Part shown: positions 49,801 to 58,522 of the stretch, in pieces
How the letters are laid out: every line of letters starts with the position of its first letter
Position numbering within the stretch: the first letter of the stretch is position 1
Source: a virus
Virus record (IMG/VR): IMGVR_UViG_3300046804_004458
Coordinates: 15,660-79,659 of that record
Length of the DNA: 64,000 bases
Direction: 5' to 3' (one strand)
Translations under genes and position numbers: made by a program
The notes under the pieces: model-generated
Database searches by the model: none
Seen by the model: only the letters and a program-made list of their open reading frames with translations
Told to the model about the DNA's origin: nothing

Positions 49801-51640
49801 CAAGCTCATTGCCTTGCCACCCATCTACAGTGCCCCCTATACTTCCAATGGTCTGACTAGAGGTAAGATATCTGTCTGGTGTAAGATCATCATAAGGATA
49901 GTTTTGGTATAACCCCTCTGTGTTATCTGCTTTTTTATAGCCTCTCATATGGTTAACCATACCTTTAGCTATAATACTTTGGTGCCCATCTCTTGTAGAT
50001 CTCAGTATCTCATAACCTGTTATGTCAGGTATAATTACTCCATTATTATCTACAGGTGGCTGAATATTATCAAAAAATACTCCTAATATAGATATCTTAC
50101 TTTTTATACTAGAGCCGGTAGGAGGAACAGATAGTGGATTAAAGTGAGACATAATAGTACCGGCAGAAAGTGAAAAACTAGCCTGGTCCGGAAACCTATG
50201 ATGCATTATATTTTTTCCACAAAGAGGCCCCCATACTGCAGGTGAGTGGTCTGGGTATATCTCATTAGATCTATACACACCTGTACGGCCATAGGCAATT
50301 ACTGTACCATCATCAACAGAAGAAGGAAACCCTGCAGTAAACAAAGAAGGACCTGCTGTACTAGGCAAGTTTCTTGCTGGTATATGGTATGAAGCACTTT
50401 TATCCCCTGTGTTATATGTCCAACGTATATAAAAAGAATATACTTCTCCACGAAGATACCCTACATTCATGCCTTTAGAGGTACCTCCATTATGATAGTA
50501 ATCCTCATCTTGCATAACTGCTGTCCACCAGGTTCTAATTTGATTAGCACGTAACTGATAATTAAAATCAGGTCTTTCTTTAGGACCTACTCTTGTTAGG
50601 TAATTAGAGATACTAAATATAGCATCACTGCTTACTATAGCAGGTGAAGAGAGTGGTAATTTTTCTATGGGTATGTTAGGTAGGGTAAGATCTATATTAT
50701 CTATTGTTAAAGAACCAAGGGCAGTAGAATAAATACCCAGTCTTTTAGCTTGTATTTGTTGGTTAACCATAGATATAACCACAACTTCCATTTCTGTAAA
50801 ATGTAGTTTAGTTTGGTCATCTATATTACTAATAGTTACATCAAAAGCATTTCCTTGCCCAACATGTGTCCAGAGAGATATTACATCAGAAAAAGCAATA
50901 TAGTCTGTACACTTTATACTATTAACAGCAAATGCTACACATACCTGGTAAGACCCATTTAATAGTTGTCCTGGCCCAGCATGTTTAGAAAGTTTTAAAC
51001 AGGGTACACTCATTAAAGGAGCAAGTCTAAGTTGCTCTATATCTAATACATCAGTATTATTACAAATAACACAACCAGCTGAAGTTATGCAATTTTGAAC
51101 CCATGGATTTGGAAATGTTTTAGGTGTAGTAACAGCTCCTATAGTCCAAGGACAAGTAGCAGTGTTTAAGATCCTATCCGGATTAAGTCCACCATCTGAC
51201 CAATACACATCAAAACCACAATCATACCCCCGTCTTGAAGCACCAGTTATAAGGTTGCTGGTTTTAAAATTAAGACCTGGCTTACTTGCTGCTAAAGTAG
51301 CAGCATCATTCATAAGTACAGTATAACTATTATTGTTATCAGAGAATATACCTATCTCTGACAGTGTATTATCTGTGCTAAATACTATCCAATCACCATC
51401 GCCAAGAAATATACTACCAATAATAGTATAAGTTACAAGTGCTGACATTTCATTAGAAGGTTCAGCACTTCTACCTCCTAATTGTCCATCAGGAAGAAAT
51501 GTGGTCATATTTCTTGCATGGGTATAGGTATCACCTTTTTTAAATAAGTCAATAGGGTCTTTTACCATCCCACCTGTAAAAGTGTTGGTTGTACCTGGTT
51601 GCTGAGGTTGATTTTGTTGTCCCTGTTGTTCTTGTACCAT
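46883..51640 (-). CDS. tail muzzle/stabilization protein (crAss-like, P22 gp10-like)
   Basis: NTFTGGMVKD...YTHARN N-terminus; GYLRGEVYSF; FGGDTYINRY; WTLSYD....FISWHDW. Confidence 0.8.
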   Translation of the reverse strand: MVQEQQGQQNQPQQPGTTNTFTGGMVKDPIDLFKKGDTYTHARNMTTFLPDGQLGGRSAEPSNEMSALVTYTIIGSIFLGDGDWIVFSTDNTLSEIGIFSDNNNSYTVLMNDAATLAASKPGLNFKTSNLITGASRRGYDCGFDVYWSDGGLNPDRILNTATCPWTIGAVTTPKTFPNPWVQNCITSAGCVICNNTDVLDIEQLRLAPLMSVPCLKLSKHAGPGQLLNGSYQVCVAFAVNSIKCTDYIAFSDVISLWTHVGQGNAFDVTISNIDDQTKLHFTEMEVVVISMVNQQIQAKRLGIYSTALGSLTIDNIDLTLPNIPIEKLPLSSPAIVSSDAIFSISNYLTRVGPKERPDFNYQLRANQIRTWWTAVMQDEDYYHNGGTSKGMNVGYLRGEVYSFYIRWTYNTGDKSASYHIPARNLPSTAGPSLFTAGFPSSVDDGTVIAYGRTGVYRSNEIYPDHSPAVWGPLCGKNIMHHRFPDQASFSLSAGTIMSHFNPLSVPPTGSSIKSKISILGVFFDNIQPPVDNNGVIIPDITGYEILRSTRDGHQSIIAKGMVNHMRGYKKADNTEGLYQNYPYDDLTPDRYLTSSQTIGSIGGTVDGWQGNELDIVKDDVISFHSPDTVFSSPYLGIGDLELVEAVAGKSVGSFCQAYKHPKFKLLTDLASYFSGMIGSLVALSNLVQSVSGSNFGLAATEDVPLTIPFSYNSIPEGNVAGTSTVALIEYYTVASAASLVSLAMFPITTKTVQAQLMNVINGLIPAKQYAWQYNSHGYYDTPVATRKASFQINDYQYIKGNIQSFAGYDINNLYRNNYVAIKLDNNIPDFPLPYSKGGAAGSNVFWQGLGTGFGSAVPGPDHSRFTLAQAPSSPYGPGDRDPLGPFESSIVSWYAAYKVPQLSQYGQIDSTKQVPIGCVQQVDIYSASPFISPVLFGGDTYINRYTEKNPFMFFNDWLVNTPDDFQYNYTNYENVPYPRYWINNSKIYYDFWQYASKNWHLDELASTATVPFGPLSILTSKFYVESGYFYLFNNGVRDFFVESSVNVGYRDWEDEISKRFYDPYGFQNTDYLFRADIIKSDIFYKYDYSLSAGKFINQFISWGSCLRRDYDPILAYTCFSYYPRRVAYSLPQEEEQMQDNWRIFLPNNYKDFNDRVYVIKDLHKTGALFLMENSSPVMFAGVETIPSKSATEYTVGTGLLFSQTLQSLNNIDDAYEYASCQSRQGVINTKHGAFWVSQDTGKIFNLKGGQIADLGVECGINYHLINYLPSQLVQQYPSFSLKDNPVAGVGCQLVYDPVHEILYICKKDYKVINPSLVTLVNNTFVYRDTVTGVSIKLNIGDPAYFENASWTLSYDCNSRRFISWHDWHPSHVVPSKLGFFTSNGLSGRLWRHNTSLQSFANFYGIDYPVEIEYFTNTQVTETILQNIEWLLESYQYAPNGVDKFLNYDQSFDYFMVYNKEQNSTLQNMLLKPWDNPYAALNYPNWLGPTRQILYQKVENKYRVNDFYDYTADRGQFSLANTPMLTTNSNGYTFSTNTPYFNLLKPWNQQKRVRYTGTRIFMRKTKLGKNSLTIRYASTKNQYSAR

Positions 51641-53175
51641 TAGATATATTCACTATTTATACTCCACGGCCAACCTGGAGTATTTGCATAGAGAGAACTA
51701 AAAGGATGTAAATATTTATAATACATTGCCTTTCTGTTCATCTCTATAGTATTTTTAAGCTCATAAAAATCAGGCATAGTTGTAATAGACAATGCCTGTG
51801 CTCTTGCACTTCTAAGTTCTGCTTGTACAAGCTGTAACCTTCTTTCCATGTCTGGCTCACCATTAAGATAGATATTTTGAAATATTCTCTCCTTTATGGC
51901 CCATTCATAGTACTCATTTATTTTTGGGTGGTCCAATACAAGCAGGTCACCATTGTCATCTTCCATTGCCCCCAGGTAGCAGATGTATACCTTCCCACAT
52001 CTTTCATACTCGGAAGCATTCATGTATTGTCCCCCTGAGCCTACTGTTCCATACTCTCCATAGTTTTCCATAGTAGGAACATACAAAAAACCATCTCTTA
52101 TATACCCTTTATGTGGAGCCCGGTCAAATCTGGTATTTACACAAAAAGATGATGCTTCTTTAGAAGGCACCATATAAATATGTTCAAAGGTATCATACCT
52201 TCTTACCTCATTGGAATGATACTCTATCACATTTACCTGCTGGGTATTATTGCAAATTGTATAAACCTTATTTTGTTTCCATGGGTCTGCATTTACTACA
52301 CCACAGTCTACAACAGGTTCTACTGTACTACAGTTACATATCTCTGGTTTATCACAACTAAATGTGCCTGAATTTGGATCATTATAACAAAAGCTATTTG
52401 TAGTAGCAGTTAAAAGGTTACCTGTAGAAGTACAACTTATAACTCCTCCATTGTTAAAACAATTATTTCCTTTTGCCCTTACTTCTGAACTAGGTGGCCC
52501 ACCATGAGCTGCTTGTGAGTCAGTTATTATTGGCAGATTTTTTACACATACTGTTTGTGGAGTACCTGGATATACTGTAATAGTACCAGTAGTATTATCA
52601 CAATATTCTACACTATACTGAAACCAACCACCTAAAACTGTAATTGTATAACAAAAACAGTTATCAATAGGTATGCTTTGAGTCTGCACATTAGTTGCAC
52701 ATATTTTAGTTGTTTTTGGACTGCCATCATCATTTGCCGGAAAGTATACAAGACTAGTATTTCCCTGACAATCTGTAACAGAAGTTTGTGCACCATACGA
52801 AGTAACTGTCCAACAAGGACAAGATGTCAACTGTGGTATAGTATTTGGGTTTTGTACCGGAGTTACTTTTGTCTCTGTATGTATTCCATTAAACAAACCT
52901 GACTCTACTACTGTGTAATGATTACACAAAGTAGCAAAGTTTAATATATAAAAATCAGCAGGAAGTTTAGCCTTGCCATGCTCAATATCCAGAATAGTCT
53001 CTTTTGTACCATGTATTTTTAACCCAAGCTCATAGTTAACTCTTTGAGCAACTTTAATAAGTTGTCCTGGTTCTACCATCCCCTCCCTTGTAAAAGAAGG
53101 CAAGTCAATGTATATTTCATCCATTAACTCATCAAACCGTCTGTATTTTAACTCTTTTAAAGTAGGACTAGCCAT
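51640..53175 (-). CDS. tail ring/adaptor protein with a Cys-rich insertion
   Basis: IEHGKAKLPADF...GKVYICY..AMEDDNGDLLVLDHP..NEYYEWAIK; located next to the muzzle gene. Confidence 0.7.
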   Translation of the reverse strand: MASPTLKELKYRRFDELMDEIYIDLPSFTREGMVEPGQLIKVAQRVNYELGLKIHGTKETILDIEHGKAKLPADFYILNFATLCNHYTVVESGLFNGIHTETKVTPVQNPNTIPQLTSCPCWTVTSYGAQTSVTDCQGNTSLVYFPANDDGSPKTTKICATNVQTQSIPIDNCFCYTITVLGGWFQYSVEYCDNTTGTITVYPGTPQTVCVKNLPIITDSQAAHGGPPSSEVRAKGNNCFNNGGVISCTSTGNLLTATTNSFCYNDPNSGTFSCDKPEICNCSTVEPVVDCGVVNADPWKQNKVYTICNNTQQVNVIEYHSNEVRRYDTFEHIYMVPSKEASSFCVNTRFDRAPHKGYIRDGFLYVPTMENYGEYGTVGSGGQYMNASEYERCGKVYICYLGAMEDDNGDLLVLDHPKINEYYEWAIKERIFQNIYLNGEPDMERRLQLVQAELRSARAQALSITTMPDFYELKNTIEMNRKAMYYKYLHPFSSLYANTPGWPWSINSEYI

Positions 53176-53858
53176 TATCGTAAAGCATTATTATTATCAT
53201 GAGCATTATCTTCAGGTGTCTGAAGTTGGAAAGTAAGGTCTTTTAATACAGCAGCTTCAATTTCTGAAAGTATAAAATCAGGTACATTTAAAGAGTGGCA
53301 CTGCCTTGGCTCACAAGTCTGATCATAGTTGCATTTAAAAGAACTAATGTCTTCCTCACACATTGCATCTATCTTAATTGCTGGCCAATCTACATTTGGA
53401 CAATAAATGTAATCATTAATATACCATGCATACTTTTGCTTGTTGTATTTAAAGTTTTTACTTTTTGATAGGTGGTTGTATTCATCAGGTGTAGTAAGCT
53501 TAAGTAGCTCACTTCCATCTAATGAAGAAATACTTCTGATCATAGGACCGTAAATTCCTTCATTAAAAACAGGTATAGGCAAACATGTTCTTCTTATAGT
53601 ACTGTAACTTTTTGGAGCTACTCCACAAGATGCAGCTTCTACTTTATCTATTTCTTGTAATTTTACAAAATCAAGAGTCTCAAAAACAGATGCAAAAGCA
53701 GTAAGTCTTTTAGCCTGGTCTAGTCTTTTGATAGATAAAGCAGCATGTTTCTTGTAAAGACTATAAAGCATCCTATCAGTCAAAAATGAATCTTGCCTGA
53801 CAGCTTTTAAAAGACCCCTCAATCTTGAAGTTACATCACCTATACTTGTCTTACTCAT
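53175..53858 (-). CDS. tail ring/adaptor protein
   Basis: LTDRMLY...KYAWYINDYIY...PEDNAHD; synteny with crAss-like tail genes. Confidence 0.65.
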   Translation of the reverse strand: MSKTSIGDVTSRLRGLLKAVRQDSFLTDRMLYSLYKKHAALSIKRLDQAKRLTAFASVFETLDFVKLQEIDKVEAASCGVAPKSYSTIRRTCLPIPVFNEGIYGPMIRSISSLDGSELLKLTTPDEYNHLSKSKNFKYNKQKYAWYINDYIYCPNVDWPAIKIDAMCEEDISSFKCNYDQTCEPRQCHSLNVPDFILSEIEAAVLKDLTFQLQTPEDNAHDNNNALR

Positions 53859-53867
53859 ATATTATAA

Positions 53868-54488
53868 TTAAAAAGCAAATTCATCGTATGCTTCTAAATT
53901 TTGTTTTTTTAAGTATTCCTTTTTTCTGGTATTTTTAATTTTGTTTTTTCTAAACAAATGCCCTATATGCTGCCTGGTTGTAAACTTGATGTACTTTTTC
54001 CAACCATCTGGTTTTCTAAACTCTGCAGACAATGCTCTTGTAAAAGGCCGATCAGCATCAAAACACCACATATGCCTATTGTCAAACATATGTTTATCAA
54101 GAACATTGCTATATTTAACTTTTATTATCTGGGCATCTGTCTCTCTATTTTGAAAAGAAACAGCCACACCTGTTTTTTGCAACTCATGCCAGTTAATATT
54201 TTTAGAAGCAGTTTCTTTAGATATCCCACAAACACCGGCTACTATAATACCAAGTCCATCAGGTAGCCTAATACCATTTCTATTGTCTATTACCTCTTGA
54301 GCAATCCTTTGGTTAAATAATACTATACATTTATTTATTACGTCTCTCCTATACTTTTTAAGTTCACAATGTTGTTTTTTAAGGTTTTTGTGAAAATCAG
54401 ATTCTTTATCTGACAGTATATTATATGCCGGTTTGGTAAATCTGGGAGCTTTAGGATCTGCTTTGTAATATTGTCTGCTAGTACTCAT
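53868..54488 (-). CDS. HU/IHF-like basic DNA-binding protein
   Basis: FNQRIAQEVI..RNGIRLPDGLGII; Lys-rich. TAAGTTTG at 54523-54530 (-) favours ATG 54488 over 54518. Confidence 0.6.
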   Translation of the reverse strand: MSTSRQYYKADPKAPRFTKPAYNILSDKESDFHKNLKKQHCELKKYRRDVINKCIVLFNQRIAQEVIDNRNGIRLPDGLGIIVAGVCGISKETASKNINWHELQKTGVAVSFQNRETDAQIIKVKYSNVLDKHMFDNRHMWCFDADRPFTRALSAEFRKPDGWKKYIKFTTRQHIGHLFRKNKIKNTRKKEYLKKQNLEAYDEFAF

Positions 54489-54539
54489 TGCAGTATAAAT
54501 ATACAAATAAACAACCATAGTGCAAACTTAAGATTAAAA

Positions 54540-54556
54540 TAAACATTTTATGTTTA
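54540..54556. promoter_or_regulatory. operator-like palindrome TAAACAT-TTT-ATGTTTA (copy 2)
   Basis: Identical to 11137-11153; about 10 nt upstream of the -7 box. Confidence 0.6.
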
Positions 54557-54567
54557 CAAAAATAATT

Positions 54568-54615
54568 AAAACAGGATTCCTACAGATACTTGTATTTCTC
54601 TATAAGAAGATCCTG
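54568..54615 (-). terminator. intrinsic terminator after the tail-gene block
   Basis: Minus-strand hairpin caggat-c-ttcttatag...ctgtaggaa-tcctg with G-U pairs, followed by TTTT. Confidence 0.6.
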
Positions 54616-54644
54616 GCAGTGATGGAACCAACAACACCAGCTAT

Positions 54645-55565
54645 TTAAGGAAGATAAAAGACGTAGGTATCAATTAGTGTATTATCAGACCATCTAGCCT
54701 CTATAGTAAATTCAGTTGTTACTATAAGAGGGTCAACTGCTTTTTCAATAGATATAGAAGTATTTCTAAGACCTAATGGAAGAGCAGGTACTGAAATAGT
54801 GCCTAACAAAGCAGAGGTACTATCATATACCTTTAATATAATATAATCATATGGGCTACTTGTACCCATGCTATAAGTTTCCTGTTGTATCCAAGAAACC
54901 AACAAACTACCAGCAAGTGTGTTGCCTGAGATATCTAATTCTGTAGGATTAAATTGATTTAAAATAAAAGAGGGCAGTGATAGTGGAGATCCGTTATAAA
55001 CAGGTGTGGTAGTACCTGAGGAAAGATATTGAAAATAAAAAGGAGTATTAAGAGCATCAAATTGTTGTAACTGCCCTCCGTGATTAAATATAGGAGAGTA
55101 AACAAGGCTACTTATTCCTGTAACCAAAGCATTTCCTGGTATATTTGAACCAATACTAAAAGTATCTGTAGTAGTACTACTAGGATAAGTGACACTAAAA
55201 GACTGTGTATAAGGAGTAGATGAAATAGTATAATCTATAACCCCTTCTATAAGAGTAGCATAAGAATTGCCATATGTAGAACTTATAGTCAGGTTAAAGT
55301 GTCCTGTGTCTGAGTTAACTGCATCTACACTAAATTCTAAATAAGCATTTACTCCAAAAGGAACTGTAACAGATGTGCTGCCTGAACAACAATTAGATTG
55401 TACATACCCCTCATAACAAGCAGGGCCACTTATTGCAATACTTGCAGTTGTGCCTGAAGCAACAGCAAGAGTTGTATAAAAAGTATCTTCATTCTTTCTA
55501 TACTGAATTTTATAACCACAAGCAGGTGGTATAGCAGGGGGTACCCAAGATATATCTAAATTCAT
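54645..55565 (-). CDS. virion structural protein with Fn3/Ig-like N-terminal domain
   Basis: LDISWVPP....GYKIQYRK...YEGYVQSNC; ATGA overlap at 55565. Confidence 0.7.
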   Translation of the reverse strand: MNLDISWVPPAIPPACGYKIQYRKNEDTFYTTLAVASGTTASIAISGPACYEGYVQSNCCSGSTSVTVPFGVNAYLEFSVDAVNSDTGHFNLTISSTYGNSYATLIEGVIDYTISSTPYTQSFSVTYPSSTTTDTFSIGSNIPGNALVTGISSLVYSPIFNHGGQLQQFDALNTPFYFQYLSSGTTTPVYNGSPLSLPSFILNQFNPTELDISGNTLAGSLLVSWIQQETYSMGTSSPYDYIILKVYDSTSALLGTISVPALPLGLRNTSISIEKAVDPLIVTTEFTIEARWSDNTLIDTYVFYLP

Positions 55566-56116
55566 GACAATGTAGCAGTTGCCTCTGAAGGTGCAGCACA
55601 AGCAACACTTTCAGCAGTGTTAAACGTATATGTAAATGTATTAGTAAACTGATTAGCTCCAGGTGTTATAGACAGAATATATGATGTATAAGGTGTTAAC
55701 CCTGTAAAAGTATCTACAATAGTATTTGGATATGTACCTGCAGGTAAAACATGGGTAGCTATAATTGAACCAGGTGCAGATGCAGGGGCAATTGTAACTG
55801 TATAAGTTACCAGATCTTCACTAAGATTTTCAAAAGAATAATCTACTTCAACTGTTGATGGGCTTATAGTAGGAGCAGGAGCAGTTATACCCATAGACTG
55901 AGATATAACAGATAAAGGATTATCTACTCCATTTATATTTTGTACCTGAATATCATATATCCAATTATCTACACCGGTAAAAGAAGTAGTAGTACCACTT
56001 GCTGCAGGTATCAAATAAGAAGTCCATGGTATAGTACCTGCATGTCTGTAAAGTACTTTAAAATTAGTACTGCCTGTAATATCTGAGCAAGTTATTGGTA
56101 TAAGAAAAGTTGCCAT
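55562..56116 (-). CDS. Fn3-like virion structural protein
   Basis: FKVLYR...YDIQVQ; FTGLTPYTSYILSIT. Confidence 0.75.
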   Translation of the reverse strand: MATFLIPITCSDITGSTNFKVLYRHAGTIPWTSYLIPAASGTTTSFTGVDNWIYDIQVQNINGVDNPLSVISQSMGITAPAPTISPSTVEVDYSFENLSEDLVTYTVTIAPASAPGSIIATHVLPAGTYPNTIVDTFTGLTPYTSYILSITPGANQFTNTFTYTFNTAESVACAAPSEATATLS

Positions 56117-56129
56117 CTTCTACTTTATT

Positions 56130-56606
56130 TTATGGGAATGTTACAATAATAGGGCCAATAATAGGAGTAGTACCACTTGGTGTAGGAGGACAAGTACTAT
56201 TAATACTGCAAAGCTGTGTTTTTAAAGTAGTACTCAGTCCTATCCTTGTTAAGATCATACTGACAAAAGCCTCACTACATAAATAGTTAGCCAAATCTGT
56301 TACACTTGCCCCCTCAGGTAATCCTAAACAACTTATAGTAGGCAACTTAATACAAGTAGAAGATATACTTTCTTCACAATCATTACATGGAGCAGCATCT
56401 ATTATAATAAGAGGAGATGATCCTACTTGTGTACATGATCCATTTTCATAATTTGCCGTTGGTCCACTAAATGTATAACCATCTGGGCAACAGTAACAAC
56501 CTGTAACTGGTTGAGGTATTACATTATAATCAGGAGGACAACCACAAGGTAGCCCACTTATACATTGATTACATATATTACTTGGTATTGAAGAACAATT
56601 ACACAT
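56130..56606 (-). CDS. Cys-rich virion/tail protein
   Basis: About 17 Cys in 158 aa; CEESISSTCI motif. Confidence 0.7.
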   Translation of the reverse strand: MCNCSSIPSNICNQCISGLPCGCPPDYNVIPQPVTGCYCCPDGYTFSGPTANYENGSCTQVGSSPLIIIDAAPCNDCEESISSTCIKLPTISCLGLPEGASVTDLANYLCSEAFVSMILTRIGLSTTLKTQLCSINSTCPPTPSGTTPIIGPIIVTFP

Positions 56607-56608
56607 TA

Positions 56609-57802
56609 CTATCCTGATTTATATGCCAGCCAATTAAAGTTAACTATACTACCATTTCCTGTATTTACAGGTGTTATAAAAGTCAAATCAGCCCCACCTG
56701 CAACATATTGAATATAATAAGGATTTGTTTGTAATAATGTACCTGTATATGAATCAGTTGGGGTAATTGCTACAAAACTAGGGTTATATGACAGCCCTGA
56801 TACTATGGGGATAGTAGAAACTGAACCACTTATATATGCACTATAATTTGCAGAAGTATAATTAACTTGAGCAACCTGAGTAGATCTTATAACTGTTTTT
56901 ATACAAGTTGTACCAATTGCATTATTAGCTACACTTGATGTAACACTTACCTGGTAAGAAGCAGCAGTTGGAGAAAGAGTAGATCCTGATATAGATAAAA
57001 ATAAAGGATTTACAGAAGCAGCCTGAGTAATAATGTTTAAAGAAGTATACAATATACCCCCTAAACCGTCTGTTATTTCTACAGTACTACCTATGTCATC
57101 ATACCCTAAAGGAAAGAAACTATACCCACTAAAATACAAATTAAATCCTCCAAGAGAAGAACTGTATACCGGCTGGTAATCTACTATTACCTGAGAACAA
57201 TTTGGAGTAACTGCTTCAATTGCTTTAGTTACACCTGCTCTTGAATCCAAATAAGATATCCATATATTACTAATACTATCAGCAATAGTTTCAGGATTAC
57301 TTGTCCACCCTGATAATCCTGCCATAACACTGTTTTGGCTAAAAGCAGGTAAAGCATTCAAAGTAGCTGCTCCTTCAGCAAGAATTGCAGATGTAAGAGC
57401 TGTAGTGGTACCAAGTACAGTGTTATAATCACAAGAGTTTTGTGCAATATCTTCAACAACAGTAGTAATTAGTTCAAGATTATTGTTAGTAAAACAATAA
57501 CCATTTACTACAGGTATAGTAGTGCCGGATTGTTGTAAAGCAAGTACATCTGCTTGTAATGTAGAAATGTCAGTAGCATACTGTGCCAGTATGTTTGTAA
57601 CATTAGTATAAAGATCAATTTGGTCACTTAATAAAGCACCTATCCTTGATATATAGCCAGTAGTAGGGTTATCTGCTACCGTACTACCATTCATACCAAT
57701 AGGCAACATCTCAGTTACAGGTATGCCTGCCTGATCAAGAAACCTAAGATTCTTTGCTACCTGAAGAGGTACATTACTTACATATGGTTGAAGTGGCGGC
57801 AT
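56609..57802 (-). CDS. tail fibre/appendage-like structural protein
   Basis: Coiled coil followed by a beta-rich S/T/V region. Confidence 0.65.
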   Translation of the reverse strand: MPPLQPYVSNVPLQVAKNLRFLDQAGIPVTEMLPIGMNGSTVADNPTTGYISRIGALLSDQIDLYTNVTNILAQYATDISTLQADVLALQQSGTTIPVVNGYCFTNNNLELITTVVEDIAQNSCDYNTVLGTTTALTSAILAEGAATLNALPAFSQNSVMAGLSGWTSNPETIADSISNIWISYLDSRAGVTKAIEAVTPNCSQVIVDYQPVYSSSLGGFNLYFSGYSFFPLGYDDIGSTVEITDGLGGILYTSLNIITQAASVNPLFLSISGSTLSPTAASYQVSVTSSVANNAIGTTCIKTVIRSTQVAQVNYTSANYSAYISGSVSTIPIVSGLSYNPSFVAITPTDSYTGTLLQTNPYYIQYVAGGADLTFITPVNTGNGSIVNFNWLAYKSG

Positions 57803-57803
57803 A

Positions 57804-58439
57804 TTAAGCTAAATTAAATGTTGTACCCCCCAATGAAATATCACAAGTCATTGTTGTTAATAATATATTAGAAAAACTAAATCCAAAAAACAGTGCACCG
57901 GTTAATACATTTATACCAACTCCCCCTGAAAGAATAACACTACTATTAGGACTACTTGACAATGGGTCCACTGCTGTAATATTAAACTGAGAATCAGTAG
58001 CACCAGTAGGAAAGCAAGTAGTAGACAAAGTCCCCATTGGTACAGTTGCAGAACCTACACTATATGTAGGAGTAACTATCAGCCTAAACCCACCTCTTAT
58101 TTTTAAATCACCTTCTTTTGTCCATTTATATTGAGCTGGTCCGTAGGCTGTAATGCCTGTATTTACAGTCCAGGAACAAGTAGGACTTGATCCAGAAGCT
58201 ACAATACCACTGCTAAAATTTACCCAGCTACCAGTATAGCAACTTTGATGCCCAAGAGGAAAAGTCCCTTTGCAACAATCTGCTACTTCTTGTACTGAAG
58301 CATTAATAGCACTAATAACTTGTGTAATATTAGTTACACCACATGTACCTGGAATAGGATTGCCACTCCATGTAATACAGCTTGAACTGAGTATATCAGG
58401 ACAAGTTTTTGATTGATTATTACTACTTACAGGTTCCAT
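57804..58439 (-). CDS. tail fibre-like protein with a beta-rich C-terminal domain
   Basis: CPDILSSSCITWSG motif; PAQYKWTKEGDLKIRG. Confidence 0.65.
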   Translation of the reverse strand: MEPVSSNNQSKTCPDILSSSCITWSGNPIPGTCGVTNITQVISAINASVQEVADCCKGTFPLGHQSCYTGSWVNFSSGIVASGSSPTCSWTVNTGITAYGPAQYKWTKEGDLKIRGGFRLIVTPTYSVGSATVPMGTLSTTCFPTGATDSQFNITAVDPLSSSPNSSVILSGGVGINVLTGALFFGFSFSNILLTTMTCDISLGGTTFNLA

Positions 58440-58522
58440 ATTACACCATTAAGATACTAAAAATTTTATAAAGTACAAATAATAATCCTTTTAATTTTTT
58501 AAAAACAAAAAATAGACATAAA

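Noticed and set aside
12040-54266. Many short + strand ORFs inside the large - strand genes (e.g. 30525-31184, 32845-33501, 44439-45029)
   Set aside because: Antisense shadows with atypical composition and no motifs or promoters.
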